A DNA stretch of 64,000 nt from Methanomassiliicoccales archaeon (GCA_038850735.1 JAWCLO010000001.1:16138-80137), one strand, 5' to 3'; shown: positions 28,799 through 39,703, counted from the first letter of the stretch. The notes: generated from the letters alone by a model not told the origin. Translations and numbers: made by a program.

Positions 28799-29317
28799 TT
28801 ACGCGACCAAATCGTTTCCCTTTTCAACTTGGGTGTAACAAGGAGAAGGTAATTTCATAGCAGCGCGCCACAAGGCTTCCTTTGCCGTATTAAATCCTTG
28901 AACTGTAGTTCTAATTGTAATAATCGCTTGATCTGGCTGTACCCTTGCTGCTGTACCAACAGGCTTACCGAAGGCCGCGCGCATACCTCCTGATACACGG
29001 TCAGCACCGGCACCTGTCGCCATTTTGTGTTCCCTTAGGACATTATGAGGATAAATCCTCACCTTAAGATGATAATTCGCCGTACCTACTCTTTTTGCAA
29101 GTACTCGATTTGCTGCGATACGTGCTGCCTCAAGAGCAGTATGCCTTATTTGGCACGCTTCCTTTACCTTCAATGAAAGCTCCACAGGGAAATCACCAGA
29201 AGGATTTCCAATATCAAATTGAGAGATTCTCGGTGCTGGGACTCCACCCATATATTCTTTTCGAGTATAAGCCTGTCCTTTTATTTCGCGATACATTCTT
29301 CCTGGTTTTCGCGCCAT
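28799..29317 (-). CDS. rpl10e: 50S ribosomal protein L10e (uL16)
   Basis: 172 aa starting [12 protein letters not shown] ... [11 protein letters not shown]. Confidence 0.93.
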   Translation of the reverse strand: MARKPGRMYREIKGQAYTRKEYMGGVPAPRISQFDIGNPSGDFPVELSLKVKEACQIRHTALEAARIAANRVLAKRVGTANYHLKVRIYPHNVLREHKMATGAGADRVSGGMRAAFGKPVGTAARVQPDQAIITIRTTVQGFNTAKEALWRAAMKLPSPCYTQVEKGNDLVA

Positions 29318-29556
29318 AATTAATCACCAGTGACATATTGGTTAAGGGTCCTTGTACATTAATATTCTTATATTTAAGCATGACCGGAAGGCGAAATTTC
29401 GGTGGCTACCAAATATGGGTACAGTTACTGCAGATAAGGAATTGAAAGATGCCTGAGCAATGGTCATCATCCACAATAGTTTAAAATGAACAACATTGAA
29501 TTACTGTAAAGAGGAAAGGGATAAGAACGGGAAGAAGAAAGATCAATAGCAGAGAA

Positions 29557-29883
29557 GTGCGCGTGATAGCAGAAAGAAGAATGCAACAGTTACTAGGGCT
29601 TGCAGAGGAAAAAGCGCTTCAGGGAAATATGATGCGCGGCAAGCGCTATGTTGAATTAGCTAGAAGAATTGCGCTGAGAACGAATACAAAAATGCCAAAA
29701 GGATTTATGTACTGTCATAAATGTCTCGCACCGTTAATTCCTGGAAGAAATTCCATGGTAAGAGTGAAATCTCACCGTGTGATCATCCGCTGCAAAGAAT
29801 GTGGATACATCAGGAGAATTCCTTATTTAAGGGAACTGAAGGAGAAAAGGAGAACAAGAAATGTCGAGGCAATCAAAGGCTAA
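29557..29883 (+). CDS. rnp4: RNase P protein component 4 (Rpp21/Rnp4)
   Basis: 108 aa with the zinc ribbon CHKC ... CKEC and the IAERR..LLGLAEE helix. The frame stays open for 18 more basic codons upstream without a canonical start, so the start is uncertain. Confidence 0.85.
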   Translation: MRVIAERRMQQLLGLAEEKALQGNMMRGKRYVELARRIALRTNTKMPKGFMYCHKCLAPLIPGRNSMVRVKSHRVIIRCKECGYIRRIPYLRELKEKRRTRNVEAIKG

Positions 29884-30139
29884 TCTCAGAAAAAGAGGGA
29901 CCGAAATCAAGGCAACGATCTGCATTGGAAAGAATGGAATTTCCGAAAGTCTCGTAAATGAAATAAAAGAGCAGATTGAAAAGCATAAAATTGTGAAGGT
30001 TAGGCTATTTAAAACTTCTGGCCTGGAAAAATCCGATGCTGCAGAAAGAATAATGAAATTAACAGGCGCGACACTGTTAGAAGTGAGAGGAAATACGATT
30101 CTTCTATGTGATTCCACACTACTTGTGAAAGAAGATTGA
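29861..30139 (+). CDS. YhbY/CRS1-like CRM-domain RNA-binding protein
   Basis: 92 aa with the IGKNGI motif and the KVRL...EVRGNT pattern. Overlaps rnp4 by 23 nt. Confidence 0.75.
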   Translation: MSRQSKANLRKRGTEIKATICIGKNGISESLVNEIKEQIEKHKIVKVRLFKTSGLEKSDAAERIMKLTGATLLEVRGNTILLCDSTLLVKED

Positions 30140-30160
30140 GGGTGCGAGGAGGTTATCATT

Positions 30161-31423
30161 ATGCTTGATGTATTGTTGATAAGAAACAATCCTGACCTCG
30201 TAAGAAATGCACTGAAAAGTAGAGGCTATCCAGAAAGCTTACTCGATGAATTCTTGAAGATCGATTCAGAATGGCGAAAAGCAGTCGATGAGAACAATAG
30301 ATTGAAGAGACTGAAAAATGAGGTCGCAGAGGAGATTCCAAAACTGAGAGATGAGGAAAAAAGGAATAAGATAAATGAAATGAAAAGCATAGCCGAGCGA
30401 ATTAAGCGACTTGATGATAAAATCTCTCAACTAGATAGCATCAGAAATGAAATTGTGCTTAACATGCCGAACATACCTCATCATTCTGTGCCCTTTGGTA
30501 TGGGAAGCAAAGACAACATTATCGTCAGAGAATTTGCAAAGCCGAAGATCTTTGACTTCCAGCCAAAAACCCATTTCGAGATCGGCGAGGACTTAGACAT
30601 CATAGATTTTGAGAGAGGCGCAAAAATAGCCGGTTCAGGATTCTATGTATTGAAGGGGGATGGCGCCCGCCTCGAAAGAGCGTTAATAAATTATATGCTA
30701 GATTTGCACAGAGAACAAGGATACGTTGAAATCTTTCCGCCTGCCGTCGTGAACAGACAGTCAGTAATCGGAACTGGACAATACCCAAAACTCAGAGATG
30801 ACATGTATTGGATTGAAAGGGATGATTTGTGGTTAAATCCCACTGCTGAGGTTCCGGTCACGAATCTCCACATGGATGAGATTTTCGATAAAGAGGATCT
30901 GCCAATATATTACACCGCATATCTTCCTTCATTTAGGAGAGAGGCTGGACGTCATGCTGACACGCGAGGAATCATTCGAGTCCATCAATTTAATAAAGTT
31001 GAACTTGTCAAATTCGTTTTGCCAGAAAAATCGTTTGAAGAGCTTGAGAGTCTTCTTCAAGACGCAGAAGCAGTACTGCAAGGTCTTGAAATCCCCTATA
31101 GGGTGATACTTTTGTGTACTGGCGACCTGGGATTCGCGTCAGCGAAGACTTATGACATTGAAGCGCATGCACCCGGAATCAACCTGTGGCTAGAGGTGTC
31201 CTCCTGCAGCTGCTTTACGGATTTTCAGGCTCGGAGAGCTAGGATTAAATACAGACCGGAGCCGCATCTCAAGAGCGAATTCGTTCATACGCTGAACGGT
31301 TCTGGGATTGCGCTTCCGAGAACTATGGCGGCATTATTGGAAAATTATCAAAATCAAGACGGAACTGTAACCATCCCAAAAGTACTGAGACCATACATGC
31401 AGGGACAGGAGTTGATTGAATAG
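30161..31423 (+). CDS. serS: Seryl-tRNA synthetase (common bacterial-like type)
   Basis: 420 aa with an N-terminal coiled-coil arm and class-II motifs (FRREAG, GSGIALPRTMAALLENYQ). Confidence 0.93.
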   Translation: MLDVLLIRNNPDLVRNALKSRGYPESLLDEFLKIDSEWRKAVDENNRLKRLKNEVAEEIPKLRDEEKRNKINEMKSIAERIKRLDDKISQLDSIRNEIVLNMPNIPHHSVPFGMGSKDNIIVREFAKPKIFDFQPKTHFEIGEDLDIIDFERGAKIAGSGFYVLKGDGARLERALINYMLDLHREQGYVEIFPPAVVNRQSVIGTGQYPKLRDDMYWIERDDLWLNPTAEVPVTNLHMDEIFDKEDLPIYYTAYLPSFRREAGRHADTRGIIRVHQFNKVELVKFVLPEKSFEELESLLQDAEAVLQGLEIPYRVILLCTGDLGFASAKTYDIEAHAPGINLWLEVSSCSCFTDFQARRARIKYRPEPHLKSEFVHTLNGSGIALPRTMAALLENYQNQDGTVTIPKVLRPYMQGQELIE

Positions 31424-31460
31424 AATTCGTTTGATCTGCCATGTGAAAGTTTCCAACTTG

Positions 31461-32747
31461 TTACCACAAAAGAATTACCACGAGCAAATTTGTAAGAAGT
31501 AGGACTATAAGCAATATCGGTATGGCTAGCTTACAGTATTCTTTCCATGACCATTTAATACCGTTCTTTTCCGCAACCGCCAAACCTACCACATTAGCAG
31601 AGGCGCTGATAGGTGTTGCATTGCCCGCGACGTCGCAAGCAAGTGAGGCGGTGAAAGTCAGAGAGCTGAGGTTGATTTCTGAGTCTACAGAGATGGTTCT
31701 TATCACTGGAACCATTGCAGCCGCCATTGGTATGTTGTCGAGAAAAATCGAAGCAGTAGCAATGAACCAGAAGAAGATCGTTGGAAACCAGAAGGAGCCT
31801 GTTCCGTGCGCTAATTGACCAATCTGATGTCCCAAATTTGATAAAAGACCTGCGGATTCCAGACCACCCACCATTACAAATAAACCTGAGAGAAAGATTA
31901 TAGTATGCCAGTCAATCTTCTGTATAAGATCGTCGTACTTTCTTCTACCTAACAAAAGTATAAGCGTTCCGCCAAGAACGGCGACGAACGCCACCAGCAA
32001 ATCTAGGACGCTGTGTAGAACCAACAATGTAACGGTAAATGCGAATATAACTAGGGCGATTCGCATCTGTGTGATATCTCGTACTGCCGAGAATGGATCG
32101 AGATCTTTGTGATTTTTGATAATTTCCTCAACGTCGATCTCCTGCTTTTTGAAATTTCTTCTATACGCATACATAAAAAGAAGGAGATTTGCGAAAAAGG
32201 CAATGATGGATATAGGGCCGCTATGCAGAACGAAATCAACGAATGAAAAATTGAATGCAGTGCCCAGGATGACGTTTGGTGGGTCACCTACCAGGGTAGC
32301 ACTTCCGCCAATATTAGCAGAACAAATTTCTGCAATGATGAATGGCAGGGGCTCAATTTTGAGAATTGTGGCCACCTCTATTGTAAGAGATGCCATAAAA
32401 ACCATGACCGTTATGGAATCCATAAATGCGGCAAGGAAAGCACACAAACCGCAAAACGCTATGAAGATTTTTATCGCATCGAATTGCGTAAGGCGCAGAA
32501 AATGCAGACCTATCCATCTAAAAAAACCGCTTTCTGCCAACGCTCCTATAAGTATGAACATTCCGAAAATTAGTCCGATCGCATTCCACTCGATTGATTT
32601 AAGTGCGTCGTCAAGCGAGATTATTCCTAATCCAACCATGAGGAGGGATCCGGCTATGACGAGAACAGTCCTATCTGCCAGATCAAGTACCATTAATATG
32701 TATACCGTGGCGAATATGAATAGAGCTAGGAAAGAGTGAACATCCAC
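31461..32747 (-). CDS. ArsB/NhaD-superfamily (citrate-transporter-like) anion permease
   Basis: 428 aa, highly hydrophobic with at least 10 helices. The sequence pattern is recalled from ArsB/NhaD permeases. Confidence 0.7.
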   Translation of the reverse strand: MDVHSFLALFIFATVYILMVLDLADRTVLVIAGSLLMVGLGIISLDDALKSIEWNAIGLIFGMFILIGALAESGFFRWIGLHFLRLTQFDAIKIFIAFCGLCAFLAAFMDSITVMVFMASLTIEVATILKIEPLPFIIAEICSANIGGSATLVGDPPNVILGTAFNFSFVDFVLHSGPISIIAFFANLLLFMYAYRRNFKKQEIDVEEIIKNHKDLDPFSAVRDITQMRIALVIFAFTVTLLVLHSVLDLLVAFVAVLGGTLILLLGRRKYDDLIQKIDWHTIIFLSGLFVMVGGLESAGLLSNLGHQIGQLAHGTGSFWFPTIFFWFIATASIFLDNIPMAAAMVPVIRTISVDSEINLSSLTFTASLACDVAGNATPISASANVVGLAVAEKNGIKWSWKEYCKLAIPILLIVLLLTNLLVVILLW

Positions 32748-33060
32748 AAGTGCATCCCAATTCCATATTATAGGCTACCAATATAATGATTTTCAAAGTT
32801 TGATATGTGTATTATTCGAAACCACTTGGGATTAGATTCGAGATAAATCATTTCCAACTTCGTTGTTAAATTCAAAGAAGCGCACTTATTAAATTCTGCT
32901 AACCCCATCGATTTTTAGCATTAAATGATAATCTCAAAAACAATCATGCTTCGAGGGCTCAAGATAAGCAAATGATTAGAAGAATATCTTTTAATGATTT
33001 ATACACTGGAATGCGCATCCAGAGGTGGAGTGAAATGAGGGAGTTTTGAATACTTCATTT

Positions 33061-34386
33061 TTAAGTAATCTTAACGCCGCTCTGTTGGAAGACATTCTGC
33101 AAATTTATGATGATATCTGAAAGGACTTTCCTTCGTTGGGATGGATTTTTGATATGTACAACAAATTCGTAGCGTATTTTACCGTCGAATATACCAGTGG
33201 CAATGGCCTCTGGTTCCCGGTTCTCATCGACCCCTTCAGTTTGATTTGCCGCGGATTTTATTGATGAAACTACCGTCTCAAACGGAATTTCATATGGCAG
33301 ATCAGCAGTGAATGAAATGGCATAAGACTCAGACCTAGAATAGTTGTAAATCCTATTTTCAATGAGTTCAGAATTGGGAATTTCAACGAGCTCACCATTG
33401 AGCGTTTTCACTCGTGTAAAGATGAGCTCCTTATCCAAAACTTCGCATTCCAAATTGTCCCCAATTTTGATCACATCTCCCACCTCAAAAGGATTGCTCT
33501 CCATAATAGTCAGGCCAGAAACAACATTCCGAGCAGTGGAATAAGAAAAAACAATACCAATAATAATGAATACAAAAGTCACGACGACGAGCAGAAATCC
33601 GACGAGCTCGAGTTCAAGCAATGTGAAGAAGATGAATATGACAGAAAAAGCTGCTACAAGAAATAAAGCATACTTTATGCTGATCTTGAAGAGATCAATA
33701 GCTTGTGGGTTGAATCTTTTCGACCTGAATTTATAATCCTCAAGTATTGTTTCGATCAACTTCACGGCTATGAGTATCGCCACGACAATTACCACCATCG
33801 ATCCGATTGAGGCTTGATTATTGTTCAGAAATTCAATCAGCGTGTCATATGGATTTGCGCCGGGTATCATTGAAATAATGATAAGAATTATAATAATCGA
33901 AACAAAAATATATAAAATGTAACTCAGAAAAAGAGTCGTAAACTCAACGGCACTCGAGTGAATGCTCCCCTCTCTTGCAGATTTAATTCTGGCCAATTTT
34001 GACATTCTTCTCAGTATCTTCGCAATAAGTATCGTACAGAGTATCAGAATTATAATGAATATTAATTCTAGAAAATACCCATAAAAATGTTCCCATAGGC
34101 CTGTTCTAAATTCGTCCCATGTGAGAGAGAGGACATAAAGGAGTGAGAAGACGAGAATGATGGTGATAAATGCTTTAATCGCGTGTCCAAGGAACTGGAT
34201 TATCTCAGAGTCATAGTATTTACTTTCTCTCAGCTTTAGGCGTTCAAAGTTCTTAGTTACATACGACCATAGATACAGTGAAATGATGAATAAAGCAAAA
34301 AAGGCTAAAAATCCCCAGCCATATTTTTCGAGCCACCATTCACTATTCGCATCGATTGCCAGGAGGCCGAGATCGGAATTAAGCAT
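33061..34386 (-). CDS. Mechanosensitive ion channel, MscS family
   Basis: 441 aa. Multiple N-terminal TM helices followed by the MscS beta-domain signature (FEVGDVIKIGDNLECEVLDKELIFTRVKTLNGELVEIPNSEL). Confidence 0.8.
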   Translation of the reverse strand: MLNSDLGLLAIDANSEWWLEKYGWGFLAFFALFIISLYLWSYVTKNFERLKLRESKYYDSEIIQFLGHAIKAFITIILVFSLLYVLSLTWDEFRTGLWEHFYGYFLELIFIIILILCTILIAKILRRMSKLARIKSAREGSIHSSAVEFTTLFLSYILYIFVSIIIILIIISMIPGANPYDTLIEFLNNNQASIGSMVVIVVAILIAVKLIETILEDYKFRSKRFNPQAIDLFKISIKYALFLVAAFSVIFIFFTLLELELVGFLLVVVTFVFIIIGIVFSYSTARNVVSGLTIMESNPFEVGDVIKIGDNLECEVLDKELIFTRVKTLNGELVEIPNSELIENRIYNYSRSESYAISFTADLPYEIPFETVVSSIKSAANQTEGVDENREPEAIATGIFDGKIRYEFVVHIKNPSQRRKVLSDIIINLQNVFQQSGVKIT

Positions 34387-34492
34387 AATTTTAGCATATT
34401 AATCAAGACTCTAATGAAATTTCCCAATCGAATAAATAGGATTCAAACAATATATGTTGGTGCCGAGTCCTGATCATAACAAACGTCATGGA

Positions 34493-37400
34493 TTATCCAT
34501 TTTCTGGAAATATCCTTAGTCTAAAAGCCCATAGATCTGTGTTTCCTTCATTGCCAACTCCAAACAGTGGCGAAATAAAGCGGCTTGGCACCTCACAAAT
34601 CATCAATCCCATCGTGATAGTCGCATCTACGGGCTCCCTTTGTATTATCCCCAGCAAGGTGTAAACATTCGTTTCCATCATGACCGCCACACGAAACTTC
34701 AATTCCTGATTACATGAAAGGAATAGCTTAGAGAAACCCGTGAATGCAAATATCTCAAAGCGTAAATAGATATCTTGCAGAAAGGAAACAATTTCGTTCC
34801 TCGCAAATACCTCAGCATCTGGAGTTGTGATCCTTCGAATTGAGCTAGATATGACAGAAAGAGTGCTTTCAAGTGCTTTGGCAACAGTATCGCCTTTGAA
34901 TACGAGACTCACTGCGAAGCCTGTCCCAGTGATACAAGTAGCATCTGAGATTGTAACCACGACATCCAATTTGAATTCCAAAATAAAGTCGCCTACCGCC
35001 TCGATGCATTTTCTCAGTACTCTGCGAATTATTTCCTCTATTAGATTACCGAGTCCGTCTAAATCCGCGCTTGAAACTGAAAGCTCGGAAAACGCTCGTA
35101 ATGCGGCATCACTAAAAACCTTGTAAACCCAGTCGTCACTACTTGGAGTTAACGCATTTCTCCCATTTGCTTTTCCACGAGTCTCTGATTTGAATATCCA
35201 TCGATCGTTGCCATCATATGCTCGTTGCCACGTGCGATCGTCATTGTAAAAATCCGTTGTCAATGGCGCCATATCGACCTTGCGTCCCGAAGGATCAATT
35301 AGTGCAATACACTCCGATAATGGGAATTTCCATTCTCCCCCATTGTCTAAAACCTGACCTTGGAGTACAAGAATTCTGTAACCGTGTGGCTCAATGCAAT
35401 CCTCCTCTATAGTGGCAATTTCTTGAATTCCGTGCATAGTCTGGATTGACCAACCGGATAGACTTACGAAGCGATCAGTAGGATTGTACAATTCAATCCA
35501 TTCACGACCGAAATCGGTACCTGGGGGATTTTGCTCGTATTCATTTATGACAAGATGATTTGCAATGGGAGACCTATATTTGATCTCGAAGCCAGCATCA
35601 AGGGAACCGATCAAGCCTGGAATGGGAAGAGGTATTCTAGATAAAAATTGACCTATTACAGGAATGCTTGATAAGGCAAATCTTAATTTTTTGTATTGTA
35701 AAGCAAGAGGCATATGCAACTCAAGCGTCGAATTGCCGACTTTTCCCGTAACTTGAACGAAGTGGTTGAAAATTCTCATCAGTGGATCTACAAGTACGTC
35801 AAGAAACCATCGTTTTGACTGGATAGTTGCATTCGCAATGATATCGTAGTCTCCATTCGCCATTCGCAAGAATCTAATCGCTACAGATATGTTCGTGGTT
35901 CTATGGGAAAGCCAGCAAGTGATTCTAAGGATATCCTTAGTGAAACCAAGAGCAATCTCCAATGGATTGGTTACCACCTGGAATTTGAGACCCCAGATCG
36001 TTAAATTAAACTGGATCTTTCCTAACAAAGATATGAGATTATCGCAGATCCATCCGAGCACTGAATCCATACCGGCGACAAACAAATTTCTGATATTTTC
36101 GATGGCAAATTGCAATGTCGCCGAAAGACTCTCAACAAATCTAATAGAATATGTCGTCGCGGCACTCAATAAAACACCCATTGTTGATTGCAAACTATCG
36201 ACAATACTGATGAAGGGAGCAATCCCACCGCAAATTTCATTCCATATCTTTTCAAGAAAGTTGGCTACATCTCTCCCAAAAGTCGATGTAGATTGATAAT
36301 GGACTCCATGCAACGGCCATGCACTCTGTGCCGAAATTGAGAAGTCTAAATCAAATTCTATTTCTCGACTCATGGTCAATGGAAATTGCCCCAATAACCT
36401 ACTTTCTGGTGCGCTAGCAGATATTGAGATTAAGTAGGATCCCCTAACAGAAACATCCCATTGCGTGATATATGGCAGGAAAGTTAGATTGGTTATATTT
36501 GTTATATGGCGATTTGGATAATAGTGCGATTTCTCCTGGAATTCCCACGGTCTTGTTATCTGGATGAAAACACGCTCGTCATCAGAATTGTCGTCTGCCA
36601 TTTTGTCAAATTCATTACCTGCATTTATTATCTCAATTGACTCAAGAAGGACTCTTCCTGTATCGGTAAGCAATCGAAAACTCTTCAACTCTGGGGATGC
36701 TACAAAGATCTCGTCCCCTCGTAATTCAAAGGCATTCTCAATATCTCCCAATAGACGAGTTACCGTTTTCGTCAACATTGAATTGATTCCTGGGAGTTCT
36801 CCCACGATTCCTAACGCTAGGGATAGAATTTCACTGCGAAGGGGTCCGTATGAATAATCATCAATGGCTCCTAAAAATGCTTCCTTCAAGATCTCGATCA
36901 AATGCGATACCTTTATATCGAACATCTCAGCAATTTCGTTTTTCAAACCCCACTCTGTTGACTGTTCTATCTCACAGAGAATTTCGATTGTCGCTTTTCT
37001 TTCCGCTTCATCGTCAAAACTATATGAACTCAAGATTAAATCGTCAACAATTAGAGTTGCAAGGGATTCTATTGCGGCGTGTATCGATTCATTTTTCTTG
37101 AAAAGTTCCTGCTGATACTGTTCAAAAAAGTCTACCAAGGCTTCTCCCATGCTATTGAAAATAGATTTCAATCTGGCGGTTGCTTCAATCACGGACTCAA
37201 GACTTGAATTCGAGGATTGAAGAGCACGCAAAAATGATTCTTTAAGGGAAGAGGCATAAGAAATATTGTCTGCGGGATTGCGATTGATTTCGACCTGAGG
37301 AAGATTTTTAGAATCTCTGATTGCCAAAGCAATGGATTTCACAAAGTCAATGAGAGAATCAGCCAGATAATGAGTTTCTAGTTTGTATTCAATGGCGAAT

Positions 37401-38785
37401 TTCTTCCAAAGCTCGCTTGAGAATATATCTACAGAGGGAAAATCTAGGGGATAGTTTCCCTGGATACAAAATATAATATTTTCTCCGCGGCTGTTTGTCA
37501 AAACGACTTTATGAGCCGGAATATACACGCTCGCGTCAGGTCCTCCATAGTTAAAATACCGGTAATTACTAGCGGAATACCCTGCTCTTTCAAGAGTCGT
37601 CATCATCCAATTTATTATTGATTCTTCAATAGCACTATTGCCAAGAATCGATTCGATGAAGTTGGACAATGCTACTTCTGAAAGGTCTGCAGCCTGCTCA
37701 ATGGTGTTTACTAAATCGATGATATGCAGGTATTCAAGCCATCTAAGAACAACGGCATCAGCAGTTGCAAACAGGACCTGTGAAACCAACATTGAATAGC
37801 TATATTCACCTGCGGAAAAAAGTTGTAGAAACAGTTCTGCTGGATCGACCATGCCTGAGAAATTCTTATCAGATATTAGTCTCCAAGAGTCATAGGATGC
37901 GCTATCCGAGATTAGTGATGCGATCAAACGATTGTCCAGATTTCGTAGATATTTTCGATCTTCAATCAACAAAGCCAAGCGTATTGCATTCTTGACGTCT
38001 TCTTCTGTGAGAATACTAGCAGTACCGTATTCTCCAAGTTTAGCATCGACGCCGTATCCCTTCAATATTCTATCTTGAACAAGTGCCGTTAGTTGATACT
38101 TCACAATTTTCTCAAATTCTCCCCCATCATTCGAAATTGATTCGGATAACGTTGCAATCCTATTTGCTAAAAAGGGAATCGGAATATATATCGGCTTGGA
38201 GATCTCAAAGGTCTTCGTTAAGTTTCCGTGCGAAGAGGTTGCGAAAAGAGTGAAATTTCCACAAATGCAAAAATATGCAGGTACACTTATTTCATGGCTC
38301 TCTGCTTCATCATCTTCATTAATTGCCAATAATTCCTGATAAACTTCTCCCATACTTGCTTTCAAAAACGCAAGATAGACATCGAACTCTTCGACAAAGA
38401 TTGCATAGATCTCCGCATGCTTTGGGAAGGCATTGTCGACATACTCTTTGGAAGCTTCCCTAAATTCTCTATTTATTTCGCTTTCATCCATGATCGAGGA
38501 TTTTCCTATGATATCGAGAGCAATGAGGTATAGCGATTGCTGCAATTCATCAGCTGCTTCGCTCACCGAAGAGAACAGTTTATGCATAGTCTCAAAAGAT
38601 GGAGTTGCCGTATCATTTTCCGAGCTGTAGTCTGATACTAGCGCGATAGTCATGGAGCTGATTAATAATATAATGACAGCTACCAGCGAAAATGCCATTT
38701 GACCAGTTCTCGATCTTGTGTCACGATTGAAGATTCGTCTGCAACGAGAAGTCGGCTTCAAGAGAATTGCCATCATAATTGGCAA
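34493..38785 (-). CDS. Giant (1430 aa) uncharacterised protein: N-terminal membrane anchor, ~1000-aa unassigned region, lamin-tail domain (LTD), 222-aa unassigned C-terminus
   Basis: Uninterrupted ORF. The track start is TTG at 38785; an ATG-ATG at 38776 is more likely. A hydrophobic helix (AFSLVAVIILLISSMTIALV) follows a basic N-region. The LTD-like segment VINEYEQNPPG..EWIELYNP...GW.I maps to nt 35162-35551 (aa 1079-1208). The rest has no recognised motif. Confidence 0.75.
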   Translation of the reverse strand: MPIMMAILLKPTSRCRRIFNRDTRSRTGQMAFSLVAVIILLISSMTIALVSDYSSENDTATPSFETMHKLFSSVSEAADELQQSLYLIALDIIGKSSIMDESEINREFREASKEYVDNAFPKHAEIYAIFVEEFDVYLAFLKASMGEVYQELLAINEDDEAESHEISVPAYFCICGNFTLFATSSHGNLTKTFEISKPIYIPIPFLANRIATLSESISNDGGEFEKIVKYQLTALVQDRILKGYGVDAKLGEYGTASILTEEDVKNAIRLALLIEDRKYLRNLDNRLIASLISDSASYDSWRLISDKNFSGMVDPAELFLQLFSAGEYSYSMLVSQVLFATADAVVLRWLEYLHIIDLVNTIEQAADLSEVALSNFIESILGNSAIEESIINWMMTTLERAGYSASNYRYFNYGGPDASVYIPAHKVVLTNSRGENIIFCIQGNYPLDFPSVDIFSSELWKKFAIEYKLETHYLADSLIDFVKSIALAIRDSKNLPQVEINRNPADNISYASSLKESFLRALQSSNSSLESVIEATARLKSIFNSMGEALVDFFEQYQQELFKKNESIHAAIESLATLIVDDLILSSYSFDDEAERKATIEILCEIEQSTEWGLKNEIAEMFDIKVSHLIEILKEAFLGAIDDYSYGPLRSEILSLALGIVGELPGINSMLTKTVTRLLGDIENAFELRGDEIFVASPELKSFRLLTDTGRVLLESIEIINAGNEFDKMADDNSDDERVFIQITRPWEFQEKSHYYPNRHITNITNLTFLPYITQWDVSVRGSYLISISASAPESRLLGQFPLTMSREIEFDLDFSISAQSAWPLHGVHYQSTSTFGRDVANFLEKIWNEICGGIAPFISIVDSLQSTMGVLLSAATTYSIRFVESLSATLQFAIENIRNLFVAGMDSVLGWICDNLISLLGKIQFNLTIWGLKFQVVTNPLEIALGFTKDILRITCWLSHRTTNISVAIRFLRMANGDYDIIANATIQSKRWFLDVLVDPLMRIFNHFVQVTGKVGNSTLELHMPLALQYKKLRFALSSIPVIGQFLSRIPLPIPGLIGSLDAGFEIKYRSPIANHLVINEYEQNPPGTDFGREWIELYNPTDRFVSLSGWSIQTMHGIQEIATIEEDCIEPHGYRILVLQGQVLDNGGEWKFPLSECIALIDPSGRKVDMAPLTTDFYNDDRTWQRAYDGNDRWIFKSETRGKANGRNALTPSSDDWVYKVFSDAALRAFSELSVSSADLDGLGNLIEEIIRRVLRKCIEAVGDFILEFKLDVVVTISDATCITGTGFAVSLVFKGDTVAKALESTLSVISSSIRRITTPDAEVFARNEIVSFLQDIYLRFEIFAFTGFSKLFLSCNQELKFRVAVMMETNVYTLLGIIQREPVDATITMGLMICEVPSRFISPLFGVGNEGNTDLWAFRLRIFPENG

Positions 38786-38931
38786 TTCTGTAGGAGATTA
38801 AATTAGTTGAAGCTACGTGTAAATTACATCGCTGGTATTCATTGTTGTACGATAAGGTGTTTCCAACTCGTTGCCATTATAATCTTGTTGTTATTCCCTG
38901 ATTGTATATCTGATAAATTGGGTGAATTCTG

Positions 38932-39666
38932 CTAAATTCGATGAGGTTTTTTATCTCCAAACGGGGACATCATGAAAGTTTCAAGATATTCCACCAAAAA
39001 GGGATTGTCAGAGTAACCACAGATCGAATAATCGGGAGATGCAATCAGCGCTTTTCTTCCGTCACAAATAACATCAGTTGCGATCAGCTCTGTTCGTCTG
39101 AAAATTACGGTACATGGTGGAACCTTAACTGATGGTTCAGCAACTACTATTACCTCGACGCCCCTATTTACTGCTTCCCTAAATTTTTGCATAAATCGCT
39201 TTCTAATTGGGGGCATGGAAGGTGTGGAAATAAAAAATCGAAATGTTGATACTTCTAGAAGTTCTCCAATTTTCGCGAGTATTTTCTCACGACCCATAAT
39301 CGTATATACTAATTGAGGTGTGCCCTTCTCAGTGAGAACGCCTTGCATCCTTTCCAAGACATTGAATGCTGCATCAATTTCATCAACGAAGATTTTTCTC
39401 ACTTCTATCGGCGAGACTGCATGAAAAACAGCAGGTCGACTCTTTGTCATCTGCGCCAGTTTCCTCGATACGAGACTTTCTAGAACTTTATATGAAGACG
39501 TCCTCGGAATTCCTCCAATCTTTGCAATATCCTCGGCAGTCCCATGACCCTTTACCACTAGCGCGATATATGCTCTAGCTTCGTAATCGGAAAGACCCAA
39601 GTGCCTGAGTGTGTTTCGTATTTCTTCGTAATTGCTTAATAAACCGTTTAACTCGGATGGAGCCAT
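38932..39666 (-). CDS. TrmB-family transcriptional regulator (wHTH plus TrmB C-terminal domain)
   Basis: 244 aa. LGLSDYEARAYIALV...AEDIAKIGGIPRTSSYKVLESLVSRKLA is the TrmB winged-helix signature. Confidence 0.82.
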   Translation of the reverse strand: MAPSELNGLLSNYEEIRNTLRHLGLSDYEARAYIALVVKGHGTAEDIAKIGGIPRTSSYKVLESLVSRKLAQMTKSRPAVFHAVSPIEVRKIFVDEIDAAFNVLERMQGVLTEKGTPQLVYTIMGREKILAKIGELLEVSTFRFFISTPSMPPIRKRFMQKFREAVNRGVEVIVVAEPSVKVPPCTVIFRRTELIATDVICDGRKALIASPDYSICGYSDNPFLVEYLETFMMSPFGDKKPHRI

Positions 39667-39684
39667 TGAAGTTCCTCGTAATTT

Positions 39685-39703
39685 TGTAGCTATTGTCGCT
39701 ACA
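39685..39703. promoter_or_regulatory. Inverted repeat TGTAGC-N7-GCTACA in the trmB/tes divergent intergenic region; candidate TrmB operator
   Basis: Read directly. It lies 19 nt upstream of the trmB ATG (39666) and next to AT-rich TATA-like sequence (39704-39720). Confidence 0.3.

Noticed and set aside
38686-38785. N-terminus of the giant protein as a type IV pilin-like (class III) signal peptide (RSRTGQMAFSLVAV...)
   Set aside because: The residue at -2 relative to the putative G/Q cleavage site is Thr rather than a charged residue, and the +4 position does not fit the PibD/FlaK consensus as I recall it. It is treated simply as a membrane anchor or signal anchor.
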